Made by a program: the position numbers and the translations under genes
From: Opitutia bacterium
Lineage (GTDB): Bacteria; Verrucomicrobiota; Verrucomicrobiia; Opitutales; T3Sed10-336
DNA length: 64,000 nt
Reading direction: 5' to 3'
Assembly (NCBI GenBank): GCA_050506795.1
Contig: JBJHCF010000007.1
Coordinates: 64,001-128,000, forward strand
In this document: piece by piece, positions 9,747-20,800 of the stretch
How positions within the stretch are numbered: position 1 is the first letter of the stretch
How the letters are laid out: every line of letters begins with the position of its first letter
Notes under the pieces: model-generated
What the model was told of the DNA's origin: nothing
The model's input: only the letters and a program-made list of their open reading frames with translations
The model's database searches: none

Positions 9747-11369
9747 ATGAAAAAACATTTTCGCAAGGGAAACGCCTTCCTCGGTTTCGTCAATATCGGC
9801 CGAAACAAGAACGATCAATTCGGGGTACACCCGGTGTGGGGGAGAATTTTCATGTTGCTCTGCGCCCTGGGCCTTATGGGATGGGTTTCTGTGGCGTTCG
9901 CTGGTTTCCTTTTTTTAAAACACACGCGCGACGTTGAAACCGGCCGATTTGCCGATCTCCTTCTGCTACGTTGGGATGATTTTCGTTATGCCTGGGGTGA
10001 AGACTATATCCGCATGGGTACGGAAATGATCGAGAGCGGAGAGGTGGCTGAGGGTTTTCATTACCTGCGTATCGGGCTGATTCGTTCTCCCGACAATATC
10101 GAAGGCCGCATGCTTCTCTCCAATATCTTCCTGGCCCAGAACCGTACCGATCGGGCCGCTCAACTTCTGGTGGAAGGTATGCCCTACGGTATCCACGACA
10201 CCGACTACGTCACCACCACCATGCGGATACTGCTGCATGCGGAAAAGGACCAGGAGATTCGCGATTTGGCCGAACGGTTTCTTCCGGCCGAACCGGTTCA
10301 AGAGGATCGTTACCTTATTATCGCATTCGCGGCCGCCAGAGCCGGCTTCCATCGCGGCGAATTCGACGAAGCCATCGATCTGATCAACGATTTCCAGCTT
10401 GGATCCAGCAACAGCGGTCAGATCCTGCTGGCCCGCATCGACTGGGAACGGGGCCACCGCGAAGAGTCCCTGACACGCCTGCGGGATCTCGTTCGCCGTC
10501 GCCCGGATCACAACGAAGCTTACATTTACCTCACCCGGTACCATCACGAGTTGGGCCAGTTGGACGCGGCGGAACGTTACGCGGTGGTCCGGCAACTCAA
10601 CGATCCGCTGACCGCCGCCCCCAGAGTCGATCTTCTGTACATCTACAACGAGAAAGGCGACACCGCCCGACTCAATCGGGAGATCGACACTTTGCTGCGC
10701 GATTTTCGAAATGACTCGGACGCCATCGAATACCTGGCGCAGTTCGCGCTGGACACCACGGACCCTGCCCTGGCCCAACGAGTCTTCGAACACGCCCAGC
10801 TCCGCAATCTCAACCTCTCGGTCACCGGCATCGTTTATGTCCACACCTTGATGAAAGCCGGCCAATACGACCGGGCCACAGCCCTGGCGGAACGTCTCGG
10901 ACGCGAGGTTGACGGCTTCGACGACGAGTTTGGCGCTCAGATTCTCGCGATCAACGCCATCGCCGATTACGCCCGGGGGGATCGGGCGAACGCTGAAATG
11001 CAACTGGGCCAGTTCCTCTCCCGCGGCAACCTGCGCCCTTCGAACTACATCTCCTATGCCGACAAACTCATCGAGCTCGGCCTGCACGAGCCGGCGCGGC
11101 GAATCCTCAACCAGGCGCACCGGGCCAACCCGCGCAGCCAAAGCCTCCTCAACGCCCTGATTCGGCTCGATATCCTGCGGGGCGACGACAGCGCGCTGAT
11201 CGCCAACGTCCCCAAACTGATGGAAATGCGCCTGCCGTCCATTGAGGTTCTCAATGAAGCCTATCAATTCCTCAGCAGCGACCGGTTTCTTTTTACCGCC
11301 GGGCGCCATGAAATCCTGGAACGCATCGAAGACACGCTCCGCAGTCATCCCCAGATTTCACTCGGGTAG
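9747..11369 (+). CDS. Membrane-anchored TPR-repeat protein
   Basis: N-terminal TM helix followed by TPR-like helical repeats; 540-aa ORF. Confidence 0.8.
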   Translation: MKKHFRKGNAFLGFVNIGRNKNDQFGVHPVWGRIFMLLCALGLMGWVSVAFAGFLFLKHTRDVETGRFADLLLLRWDDFRYAWGEDYIRMGTEMIESGEVAEGFHYLRIGLIRSPDNIEGRMLLSNIFLAQNRTDRAAQLLVEGMPYGIHDTDYVTTTMRILLHAEKDQEIRDLAERFLPAEPVQEDRYLIIAFAAARAGFHRGEFDEAIDLINDFQLGSSNSGQILLARIDWERGHREESLTRLRDLVRRRPDHNEAYIYLTRYHHELGQLDAAERYAVVRQLNDPLTAAPRVDLLYIYNEKGDTARLNREIDTLLRDFRNDSDAIEYLAQFALDTTDPALAQRVFEHAQLRNLNLSVTGIVYVHTLMKAGQYDRATALAERLGREVDGFDDEFGAQILAINAIADYARGDRANAEMQLGQFLSRGNLRPSNYISYADKLIELGLHEPARRILNQAHRANPRSQSLLNALIRLDILRGDDSALIANVPKLMEMRLPSIEVLNEAYQFLSSDRFLFTAGRHEILERIEDTLRSHPQISLG

Positions 11370-11425
11370 CCGGATGACCGCATAACACCCTGAATCCGCC
11401 ATCCTTCTTCGATCTTTCGCCTGCC

Positions 11426-11875
11426 ATGAATGACTCCGAGCTCGGTCCCACCGGGGAGATCCTCCGTGACCTGCCCTCACCCTACCAGCCACATCCCTGC
11501 GGACTCCTCCACCTGCCTCGTTTCATCGCCAAGATTCGCAAGCATCTGCAGGGGGCTCTTCCCAAATCGTATCAACGAAACTTTACCAAAGGCTTCGACG
11601 GTTTCCTCTGTCTTCACCTGGGGATCGATCCCGAGGACATGATCGAAATCGTCAGGCGCAGCGAGACTGAAGATGCGCTGGAAAGAAATCTTAGAGAATT
11701 GTTTCCCAATGACTTAAAGATCGAAGTCTGGAATCGTAAACTGGTCCAGATGGGCATGAGCCCCATGGGACGGGAGGCCTTGCGGGACGTGAAACGAAAG
11801 ATGAACGCCGAACATCGCGACGACCTCATTTCCTTTGCCGACATGATCGATTTCGACGAAGGCCGCATCGACTAG
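11426..11875 (+). CDS. DUF5069-like protein
   Basis: SPY...GLLHLPRFIAKIR...GFDGFLCLHLGID...DMIDFDEGR pattern. Confidence 0.7.
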   Translation: MNDSELGPTGEILRDLPSPYQPHPCGLLHLPRFIAKIRKHLQGALPKSYQRNFTKGFDGFLCLHLGIDPEDMIEIVRRSETEDALERNLRELFPNDLKIEVWNRKLVQMGMSPMGREALRDVKRKMNAEHRDDLISFADMIDFDEGRID

Positions 11876-12017
11876 TACGCCCGCGCTCCGGACCTCCGTT
11901 GGGCCGGGTTGCCGGGGGGAGGAGATTTAAGGGAAATGAACGGCGGGAAACACGGCACACACGATTCGCGCAATCCGTTTGCCTCCGGACCCGATTCATG
12001 AACCATAATCCTCCGAA

Positions 12018-12983
12018 ATGGAAAACGAAAACCAGGTTGTCCTTCTTTACTACCGGTACGTCCGGATTGAAGAACCGCACCGCTTCGCAGCGGACCACCG
12101 TCGGTTGGCTCTCAGCCTGGGGCTCACCGGACGAATCATCGTCGCCGAGGAGGGCATCAACGGCACCGTGGCGGGATCCGTCGTGGCCGCCCGCGCCTAC
12201 CGCGAAGCGCTCCGCCAGGACCCGCGGTTCGCCGAAATGCCCTGCAAGGAAAGCGCGGGCGACGTCGACACCTTTCCCAAACTGTCGATCAAGGTTCGAT
12301 CGGAAATCGTCACGTTAGGCCTTCCGCTTCCCTTCGATCCGGCACGTGACTCCGCCCCTCACCTTCCTCCCGCCGATTGGAAGCGCCTGGCGGAATCCGA
12401 TCCCGATGCCGTGCTTTTCGACGCCCGTAACGACTATGAGTCGGCGGTCGGCCGGTTTCGGGGCGCCATCACGCCGCCGATTGGAAATTTCCGCGAGCTT
12501 CCCGAGGCGATCGACGCCTACAAACACCTCAAGGACAAAAAGATCCTGATGTACTGCACCGGCGGCATCCGCTGCGAGAAAGCTTCCGCCCTGCTTCGTC
12601 AAAACGGCTTCCGCGAGGTCTACCAGCTCGATGGGGGCATCATGAATTATGCGCGCGAACTGGGAAACGAGGACGAATTATGGGAGGGAGATTGCTTCGT
12701 TTTCGACAACCGTCTGGTCCTGCCCATCGCCACCGCCGGAGGCCGGCCGCCCGCCGGCAGATGCGCGCACAGCGGACGGCCCACCAGCCACTACCGAAAC
12801 TGCCTGCACAATCCGTGCAACCGCCTTTTCCTCGTTGAGGAGCGCTTTCTGGACGACAATCCACAGGCTCAGCTCTGTCCGCAATGCCTGCAAAGCGGCC
12901 TGACCCTGGATTCAGCGGTGAACAAGTCGCGGCGCCCCCACCTCACGCCGTTGTCGCGACAATCCCCCACCCCGGCTTCATGA
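12018..12983 (+). CDS. trhO: Rhodanese-domain tRNA uridine(34) hydroxylase (UPF0176/YceA)
   Basis: LYYRY, GRIIVAEEGINGT, DARNDYE, MYCTGGIRCEKAS, WEGDCFVFDNR. Confidence 0.9.
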   Translation: MENENQVVLLYYRYVRIEEPHRFAADHRRLALSLGLTGRIIVAEEGINGTVAGSVVAARAYREALRQDPRFAEMPCKESAGDVDTFPKLSIKVRSEIVTLGLPLPFDPARDSAPHLPPADWKRLAESDPDAVLFDARNDYESAVGRFRGAITPPIGNFRELPEAIDAYKHLKDKKILMYCTGGIRCEKASALLRQNGFREVYQLDGGIMNYARELGNEDELWEGDCFVFDNRLVLPIATAGGRPPAGRCAHSGRPTSHYRNCLHNPCNRLFLVEERFLDDNPQAQLCPQCLQSGLTLDSAVNKSRRPHLTPLSRQSPTPAS

Positions 12984-13378
12984 AGACCGCCACCCCAGAG
13001 CAGAGGGAACGCCTCCGCCGGCTTCGCCTGGAGCCCGACGAATTCTCCGAGTCCTTTGTACAATCCTCCGGACGCGGCGGGCAAAACGTCAACAAGGTGG
13101 CCACCTGCGTGCAGCTCACCCATATTCCGACCGGATTCTCCGTCAAATGCATGAGCCACCGCACCCAGGCCCAGAACCGGCAGGAAGCGCTGGAACGGCT
13201 CCTGGACAAAATCGAGAACCATCGCCGTGACGTGCAGCGCGAACGCCGGCAAGCGCAGGAAAAGCGAAAACGCGCCGCCCGCAAACGCCCGGCCGGGGTC
13301 AAGCGGCGCATCCTGGCCGACAAAAGGCGCCAATCGGAAAAGAAGGATCGGCGACGTAAAGTGGACGGCGGCGAATAG
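12980..13378 (+). CDS. arfB: Peptidyl-tRNA hydrolase ArfB-like ribosome rescue factor
   Basis: SSGRGGQNVNKV (GGQ), RTQAQNR, basic C-terminal tail; ATGA overlap with trhO. Confidence 0.85.
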   Translation: MKTATPEQRERLRRLRLEPDEFSESFVQSSGRGGQNVNKVATCVQLTHIPTGFSVKCMSHRTQAQNRQEALERLLDKIENHRRDVQRERRQAQEKRKRAARKRPAGVKRRILADKRRQSEKKDRRRKVDGGE

Positions 13379-13445
13379 CCCGAATTAAGACGGAATAATA
13401 GATTTGTTTCCCAACTCCAATCCCTGCAATCTCCAATCATTTCCC

Positions 13446-14114
13446 ATGCCGCACGGAAACCACTTTATCATTGTGACCATCGACGGGGGCGCCGCCGCCG
13501 GGAAATCCTCCACCGCGGGAGCACTCAGTGAGCGCCACCATCTCCTGCACGTCGACACCGGTTCCTTTTACCGCGCCGTCACCCTCTACCTGCTGAAACG
13601 GGGTCTCACTCCGGAGGACGAGGACAAGATCAGGGAGGCTCTGCAAAACCCCGCCATAACAACCCGGCTCCGAGGCCGGATGGCCCGTATCGCCATCGAC
13701 GACGAAGTGCCTGGCGAAGAACTGCGCTCGCCGCAGGTCAACGAACAGGTATCACGTTTCGCTTCCCTGAGGGCGGTCCGGGAATTTCTCCTGGACTTCC
13801 AACGGGGGCACTCCAGTTTCGCTCGCGAAAACGGGTTCGATGGTCTGGTCATGGAGGGACGGGACATCGGCTCGGTGATTTTTCCCGAGGCTGATTTTCG
13901 CTTTTTCCTGGAAGCCGATCCCGACGCCCGCAACCAGCGGCGGGTCAAACAGGGCGAGCAGGACAGCATCGAAGAACGCGACCGTCTCGACACTCAACGG
14001 AAAACCGCCCCGCTCGTCTGTCCGGAAGGCGCCATCAGGATTGATACCACTCGTATGTCGCTGGAAGAGGTGATCGCCAAAGTGAGCGACATCATCGAAG
14101 GCGAAGCGCGATGA
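13446..14114 (+). CDS. cmk: Cytidylate kinase
   Basis: TIDGGAAAGKSS, DTGSFYRA, VMEGRDIGSVIFP, ERDRLD. Confidence 0.95.
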   Translation: MPHGNHFIIVTIDGGAAAGKSSTAGALSERHHLLHVDTGSFYRAVTLYLLKRGLTPEDEDKIREALQNPAITTRLRGRMARIAIDDEVPGEELRSPQVNEQVSRFASLRAVREFLLDFQRGHSSFARENGFDGLVMEGRDIGSVIFPEADFRFFLEADPDARNQRRVKQGEQDSIEERDRLDTQRKTAPLVCPEGAIRIDTTRMSLEEVIAKVSDIIEGEAR

Positions 14115-14746
14115 ACGCGCTGTACGAAATCGGCAAACTTCTCTCCCACTGCACGTTCGACGGGATTTACCCGGGAGACGTCGCCGGAGTGGAAAATGTG
14201 CCTCGCCGCGGACCGTTCATCCTGGCCTGCAACCACGCGAGTTTTTTCGACCCGCCCGCGATCGGCCGCATCGTCCCGAGGGAAATCGCCTATTTCGCCC
14301 GCAAGACCTTATTCAAACCGGGCCTGATCGATCGCGTGCTGACGCGGGTCAACGCCATTCCGGTGGATCGCGACGGCGAGTCCGACATCCAGGCCATAAA
14401 AAGGGTGTTGCAGGCGCTTAAGCAGGGCCAGGGGGTCCTCTTCTTTCCGGAAGGAACCCGTTCCCCCGACGGCTCCCTGCAAGCTCCCAAGCAGGGTCTC
14501 GGGATGATCGCCTGCCGGGCGGGCGTGCCGGTGGTGCCGGCCCGGGTGTTTGGCACCTATGAAGCTTTCGGCCGGGACAGGAAAACTCCCGCCGCCGGCG
14601 GCCGGATCAGTGTCGCTTTCGCCCCGCCCCTCCGTACGGAAACGATCGATCCCGGTCCCGGCGTCAGAAACCGGTACGAAGTGGCCTCCCGCCGCATCAT
14701 GGACGCCATCGCCGCCATTCCACCGCCTCACGATCCGGGAATTTAA
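14111..14746 (+). CDS. plsC: 1-acyl-sn-glycerol-3-phosphate acyltransferase
   Basis: NHASFFD, FPEGTRS; follows cmk. Confidence 0.9.
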   Translation: MNALYEIGKLLSHCTFDGIYPGDVAGVENVPRRGPFILACNHASFFDPPAIGRIVPREIAYFARKTLFKPGLIDRVLTRVNAIPVDRDGESDIQAIKRVLQALKQGQGVLFFPEGTRSPDGSLQAPKQGLGMIACRAGVPVVPARVFGTYEAFGRDRKTPAAGGRISVAFAPPLRTETIDPGPGVRNRYEVASRRIMDAIAAIPPPHDPGI

Positions 14747-14799
14747 GGCCCGTTTTTCAGGCTCGATTCAGTTGGAATCGTCGTAAGATAATAATCCGC

Positions 14800-16149
14800 A
14801 TGAAGATTCTGATCGTCGGCGCCGGAGAGGTGGGTCGTTACCTGTGTGAAATCCTCAGCGAGGAATACCACGACGTCACCGTCATCGAAAACGATCAGGC
14901 GCTGGGCGACCAGGTCGACGAGGAGCTGAACGTTCGGGTGATCAAGGGCAACGGCAGCTCTGCCGAAGTCCTGCGGCAAGCCGGCGCGGATCAGTGCGAT
15001 TATTTTCTGGCAATGACCAGCGACGACAAAACCAATCTCATCTCCTGTTCGCTGGCCAAAGCCCTCGGCGCCGCCACCACCATCGCCCGTATTCACGACC
15101 AGACCTACTCGGACAACTCCATCATCAATTATCAGAGCCACTTCGGAATCGATTACCTGCTCAATCCCGAAGCGCTGGCCGCCGTCGAGCTGGCCAAAAA
15201 AATCCGCAATCCCGGCCGTGTGGCGGTGGAAAATCTGGCCCGCGGTCAGATCGAGGTCCAACAGTTCCGCGTGAAAGCCAAAGCACGGGTCCTGGGCAAA
15301 AAGCTGGCCGAACTCAAACTCGATCCCCGCGTCCGCATCGGATACGTTCAGCGAGGCGACGAACAGCAGGTGGCCAACGCCCAAACCATCCTGGAGGAAA
15401 ACGATTACGTGACCCTCTTCGGCCCCTCCCAAACGCTTTTCGAAATCAAGCCCCTCTTCGACCCGGACTCCGTTTCCGAAACCGTGCGCATCGTCCTTTA
15501 TGGCGGCGGCGAAGCCTCCATCGCCCTGATCCGGCTCCTCACCCATCCCCGCTTCAAGATCCGTATCCTGGAGGAGAACAAAGCGCAGTGCCGGTTCCTG
15601 GCGGAGAAATTCCCCAAAGTCACAGTCATCCAGGGCGACGCCACCTCGCTTCGCCTCCTGGAGGAGGAGCAAATCGGCAGCGCCGACTACTTCATCGCCC
15701 TGACCAAAGAGGACGAAGACAACGTCATGACCTGTCTCCAGGCCTCCAAACTGGGCGCCCAACACACCATGCTCCTGGTTAACCGCGCCGATTACATCGA
15801 AGTCCTGGAGAGACTCAAGGGAACCCTCGGAGTCGAAATGGTGGTTTCACCGCGAATCGCCACCGCCAATGAGGTGCTGCGTTACAGCAGCCGCGAGCCC
15901 TATATCGAACTGGCCAAGCTGGCCAACGATTGCGGGCGCATCGTGGAAATCAAGGTGGGCCCCAAAAGCCCCTGTGTGGGCAAAAAGCTCAGGGAGATTG
16001 AATGGCCCGGAGACTGCGTGATCGTCGCTTTCATTCACAAATCGGAAACCAAAGTGCCCGGAGCCGACGACGCCATCCTGGCCGGCGCCCGCATCGTCGC
16101 CATCGTTCGCAAGGAGAATATCCGCAGCCTGGTCAAGATGCTCAAATAA
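14800..16149 (+). CDS. trkA: Trk potassium uptake NAD-binding subunit
   Basis: MKILIVGAGEVG, two RCK_N/RCK_C modules, LLEEEQIGSAD. Confidence 0.95.
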   Translation: MKILIVGAGEVGRYLCEILSEEYHDVTVIENDQALGDQVDEELNVRVIKGNGSSAEVLRQAGADQCDYFLAMTSDDKTNLISCSLAKALGAATTIARIHDQTYSDNSIINYQSHFGIDYLLNPEALAAVELAKKIRNPGRVAVENLARGQIEVQQFRVKAKARVLGKKLAELKLDPRVRIGYVQRGDEQQVANAQTILEENDYVTLFGPSQTLFEIKPLFDPDSVSETVRIVLYGGGEASIALIRLLTHPRFKIRILEENKAQCRFLAEKFPKVTVIQGDATSLRLLEEEQIGSADYFIALTKEDEDNVMTCLQASKLGAQHTMLLVNRADYIEVLERLKGTLGVEMVVSPRIATANEVLRYSSREPYIELAKLANDCGRIVEIKVGPKSPCVGKKLREIEWPGDCVIVAFIHKSETKVPGADDAILAGARIVAIVRKENIRSLVKMLK

Positions 16150-16164
16150 GGCCGCCGTCACACC

Positions 16165-17640
16165 ATGAATTACCGTTTCGTCTACCGGCTTCTCAGCTTC
16201 ATCCTCGGCGCCCTGGGGATCGCGTTCCTGGCTTGTCTTGGAGTGGCGTTCCTCCACCGCGGAGAACCCCTGGAGGAAACCGCCATCACCGGTTTCCAGA
16301 TCAGTGCCGTCATCGCTTTCGTCGCCGGAGCCTTGTTCTATCTCGCCAGCCGGGGCGCCCCCAGTCGCATTTTCCGCAAGGAAGCCCTGTGTCTGGTGGG
16401 GATAGGATGGATACTCGCCTCCCTCATCGGCGCCCTGCCATATTATGTCATCCTGGAGGACTGCACCGTCACCGACGCCATTTTCGAATCGACTTCGGGC
16501 ATGACCACCACCGGTGCATCCACCTTCACCAACCTGGAGGAAATGCCACGCAGCCTCCTGTTCTGGCGACAGCTCAGTCAATGGATCGGGGGCATTGGAA
16601 TCGTCGTTTTCTTCGTGGCCATCCTGGGCTACCTCGGAGCGGGTGGGAAAATCCTCTTCAGTAACGAATCCACCGCCAAGACCGCGGACTTCGACCAGGG
16701 GCGGGTGCAGAGCGGAGTCATCCGTCTGTTCCTTTTGTACCTGACCCTTTCCGCAGCCTGCTGTATCTGCCTGCGGGCGGCGGGCATGGACTGGTTCGAC
16801 GCCGTCTGCCACACCTTCAGCACCGTGGCCACCGGCGGGTTCAGCACCCGGTCCGACAGTATCGCCGCCTTCGACTCCGCCGCTATCGAGTGGGTGATGA
16901 TCGTGTTCATGATTCTCGGCAGCGTCAGCTTTTTCTTCTTTCTCACGTTGCTGCGACGCGACTGGAGGCAAGCCATGCGCAATACCGAAGTCTTCGCCTA
17001 CCTGACTATCCTCATGGTTTCCGCCGCCGCTTTGAGCGCAGTGCTCCTAATCGACGGGTCCGAAGAAAACGTTCACGGAACCTTGCGGGCCGCAGCTTTT
17101 CAAGTCGTTTCCATTGCCAGCACCAGCGGGTTCACCACCGCCGACTACAACCAATGGCCGGTTTTCGGACGCGCTTTGTTGCTTGCCCTGATGCTTATCG
17201 GCGGCTGCGCCTCCTCAACCGCCGGCGGCGCCAAAGTCATACGGGTCGTCGTCGCGCTGCGCATTTGTCTAACCAGCGTCGAAAAAGCATTCCGCACCCG
17301 GGTGGTGCGCACGGTCATGGCCAACGGAAAACCGATCGATCAAGGCACCCGCGAGAATATTCTCCTCTATATGACCTTGCTGGTCTTGCTCCTGCTGGGA
17401 GCCATTCCCGTCTTCGCGCTGTTCGAACCCGGCCACACTCTGGAAGGTTGCATCTCCGTGGTCATTTCCTGCCTGTTCAATGTCGGTCCCGGCTTCGCCG
17501 AGATCGGCCCCACCGAAACCTACGGAGAAGTCGGAGGGCCCGCCAAAATCCTGCTGTCGCTCCTCATGATCATGGGCCGTATCGAACTCTTCGCCATCCT
17601 GGTGCTGTTCTCTCCGGCACTGTGGAGGAAACTCTCCTGA
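16165..17640 (+). CDS. trkH: Trk potassium uptake membrane subunit
   Basis: FESTSGMTTTGAS, WIGGIGI, TVATGGFS, GGCASSTAGG, MIMGRIE. Confidence 0.95.
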   Translation: MNYRFVYRLLSFILGALGIAFLACLGVAFLHRGEPLEETAITGFQISAVIAFVAGALFYLASRGAPSRIFRKEALCLVGIGWILASLIGALPYYVILEDCTVTDAIFESTSGMTTTGASTFTNLEEMPRSLLFWRQLSQWIGGIGIVVFFVAILGYLGAGGKILFSNESTAKTADFDQGRVQSGVIRLFLLYLTLSAACCICLRAAGMDWFDAVCHTFSTVATGGFSTRSDSIAAFDSAAIEWVMIVFMILGSVSFFFFLTLLRRDWRQAMRNTEVFAYLTILMVSAAALSAVLLIDGSEENVHGTLRAAAFQVVSIASTSGFTTADYNQWPVFGRALLLALMLIGGCASSTAGGAKVIRVVVALRICLTSVEKAFRTRVVRTVMANGKPIDQGTRENILLYMTLLVLLLLGAIPVFALFEPGHTLEGCISVVISCLFNVGPGFAEIGPTETYGEVGGPAKILLSLLMIMGRIELFAILVLFSPALWRKLS

Positions 17641-17813
17641 CGGCGATGCGTTCCCGTCACCGGCGACCGGCGCTGGACCTATAAGACGAATTAAATGCGA
17701 TATATCCCGAACTTAACCGGGTCTTATCGATTAAGCAATTCCTGCGCACCATTGGGCAACCGACGCCAAGCTGGTCAGCTCCAAAAATGGGATCATACGA
17801 CGAAGCAGTCGCC

Positions 17814-20800
17814 ATGATTCATAAACCAGAACTTCCCACGACCCCCGAGCGGGTCACTCTCGACGCCAATGATGCGGTCGCATCGGTCGCCTACCGGCTG
17901 AACGACGCTTTCGCTATTTACCCGATTACGCCTTCGACGCCCATGGCGGAAGCCGCGGATCAATGGACGGCCCAGGACCGTCGCAACATCTGGGGGCAGA
18001 TTCCCCAAGTGGTTGAAATGCAGTCCGAAGGCGGCGCCGCCGGCGCCTTGCACGGTTTGCTTCAATCGGGCGCCCTGGCATCCTCCTTCACCTCTTCCCA
18101 GGGGCTGCTGCTGATGATCCCCAATCTCTACAAGATCGCCGGCGAACTCACTCCTTTCTGTCTGCACGTGGCCGCCCGCAGCCTCGCCACCCACGCCCTG
18201 TCTATCTTCGGCGACCATTCCGACGTCATGGCCTGCCGTCAGACCGGGTTCGCCCTGCTCTCCGCCGGTTCTCCCCAGGAAGCCCAGGACTTCGCCTGCA
18301 TCGCCCAGACAGCCACTCTGAAAAGCCGCGTGCCTTTCCTTCATTTCTTCGACGGTTTCCGCACTTCGCACGAGGTCAACGCGGTGACACCGCTGAGCGA
18401 CGACAACCTGCGCGCCATGATCGACTTTGCCGACGTGCTGGCGCACCGGAGCCGCGCGCTGACGCCGGACCGGCCCGTTTTGCGCGGCACCGCACAAAAC
18501 CCCGATGTCTTTTTCCAGGCACGTGAAGCGGCCAACCTTTACTACGACCAAACCGCGGAAATCGTCCAGCAAACCATGGAACGCTTCTCCGGTCTCACCG
18601 GACGCACCTACCGGCTTTTCGATTATGAGGGCGATCCCGAGGCGGAGAAAGTCGTCATCATCATGGGTTCGGGCGGGGAAACCGTTGCCGAGACCGTGGC
18701 CTGGATGCGAGAAAAGGGCGAGAAGGTCGGCGTCCTGCGGGTCCGCCTGTTCCGGCCGTTCTCGATCGAACATTTCATCCACGCCTTGCCGGAATCCGTC
18801 CGCGCCATCGCCGTGCTCGACCGCACCAAGGAACCGGGAGCGATCGGCGAGCCGCTCTATCAGGATGTGGTCACCGCCCTGCGCGAAGGCGCCGCCGACA
18901 GCCCTCTGGCCAAAGCCACCGTCATCGGCGGCCGGTACGGACTCGGCTCCAAGGAGTTCACTCCGGCCATGGTCAAGGCCGTATTCGACCAACTCGACCA
19001 GGAATCGCCAAAAAACCACTTCTCGTTGGGCATTGTCGACGACGTCACGCATCGGTCACTGCCCTGGGACACCGAACTCGATATCGAATCTCCCGACGTC
19101 AACCGGGCGCTCTTCTACGGACTCGGCTCCGACGGCACCGTGGGCGCCAACAAGAACACGGTGAAGATCATCGGAGAGGAAACCGACAACTACGCCCAGG
19201 GATATTTCGTCTACGACTCGAAAAAGTCGGGCGCAATGACGATTTCCCACCTGAGATTCAGTCCTCGTCCCATCCGCGCGCCGTACCTGATCCGTACGGC
19301 GGACTTCGTCGCCTGTCACCATTTCCCCTTCCTGCGGCAATTCGACATCCTGCAGAGCGCGGCGCCCGGCGCCACCTTCCTGCTCAACGCACCGGGTGAC
19401 CCGGACAAGGTCTGGGACCGGCTGCCCCGGGAGGTCCAGGAATCCATCGTCGAAAAAAAGCTCCGCCTGTACGCCATCGACGCCTACAAGGTTGCGCGCG
19501 AAGCCGGCATGGGCGGCCGCACAAACATCATCATGCAGGTTTGCTTCTTCGCCCTTTCCGGCGTCCTTCCCAGGGAAACCGCGCTGGAGAAGATCAAGGA
19601 GAGCATTGTCAAAACCTACGGATCCAAGGGCCAGAAGGTCGTGGAAAAGAATCTCGTCGCGGTGGATTCCACCCTGGCTTCCCTGCGTGAGATTTCCATT
19701 CCCGACGACCGGATCCAGGGGAAAAAGAGGCCGCCGGCCATTGCCGAGGAAGCACCCGAATTCCTCCAGCGGGTCACCGCGGTTATGATGGCCAACCGCG
19801 GGGACCTCCTCCCGGTAAGCGTATTTCCGGTCGACGGCACCTGGCCGACCGCCACCTCCAAGTGGGAGCGGCGCAACCTGGCGACCCACATCCCGGTGTG
19901 GGATACGGACCTCTGCATCCAGTGCAACAAATGCGTCATGGCCTGCCCCCACGCCACCATCCGGGCCAAGTTCTTTCCGGAGTCCGAACTCGAGGGGGCT
20001 CCGGCCACCTTCAAGTCCACCGCCTTCCGGTCCCGCGACTTCCCCGACCACCTTTACAGTCTCCAGGTGGCGCCCGAAGACTGCACCGGTTGTGAGCTCT
20101 GCGTCCATGTTTGCCCGGCCAAAGACAAGGCCGATCCAAGCCGAAAAGCCATCAACATGGAGCCCCAGCCGGAACTGGTGGCGGCGGAACGTGAAAACTA
20201 CGACTTCTTCCTGCAGATTAAGTCCCCCGACCGCACCAAGGTGCCGGGCGACGTCAAACACAGCCAGTTTCTGGATCCGCTTTTCGAGTACTCCGGCGCC
20301 TGCGCCGGTTGCGGCGAAACACCCTACATCAAGCTGCTCACCCAGCTCTTCGGCGACCGCTCGGTCATCACCAACGCCACAGGCTGCTCCTCGATTTACG
20401 GCGGCAATCTTCCGACCACACCTTACACGGTCGATGGCGCCGGTCGCGGTCCGGCCTGGTCCAATTCCCTCTTCGAGGACAATGCCGAATTCGGCCTCGG
20501 TATAAGGGTGGGCATCGATCAAAGAGTTGCCGAGATCCGCGACTTGTTACCGGATGTGGCCTCAGCCTTGGGAGACGACCTGGTAAAGGCGCTCCTCGAT
20601 GCCGACCAAAGCACCGAAAGCGGCATCGCCAACCAGCGCGAACGGGTTGCCCAGGCCCGGGAACGGCTACGCGGAATCCCCGATGAAAAACGCGGTCGCA
20701 TCGATCCGCTGCTGGACTACCTGGTGCGGAAAAACGTCTGGATTCTCGGCGGCGACGGATGGGCTTACGATATCGGCTACGGCGGACTCGACCACGTGTT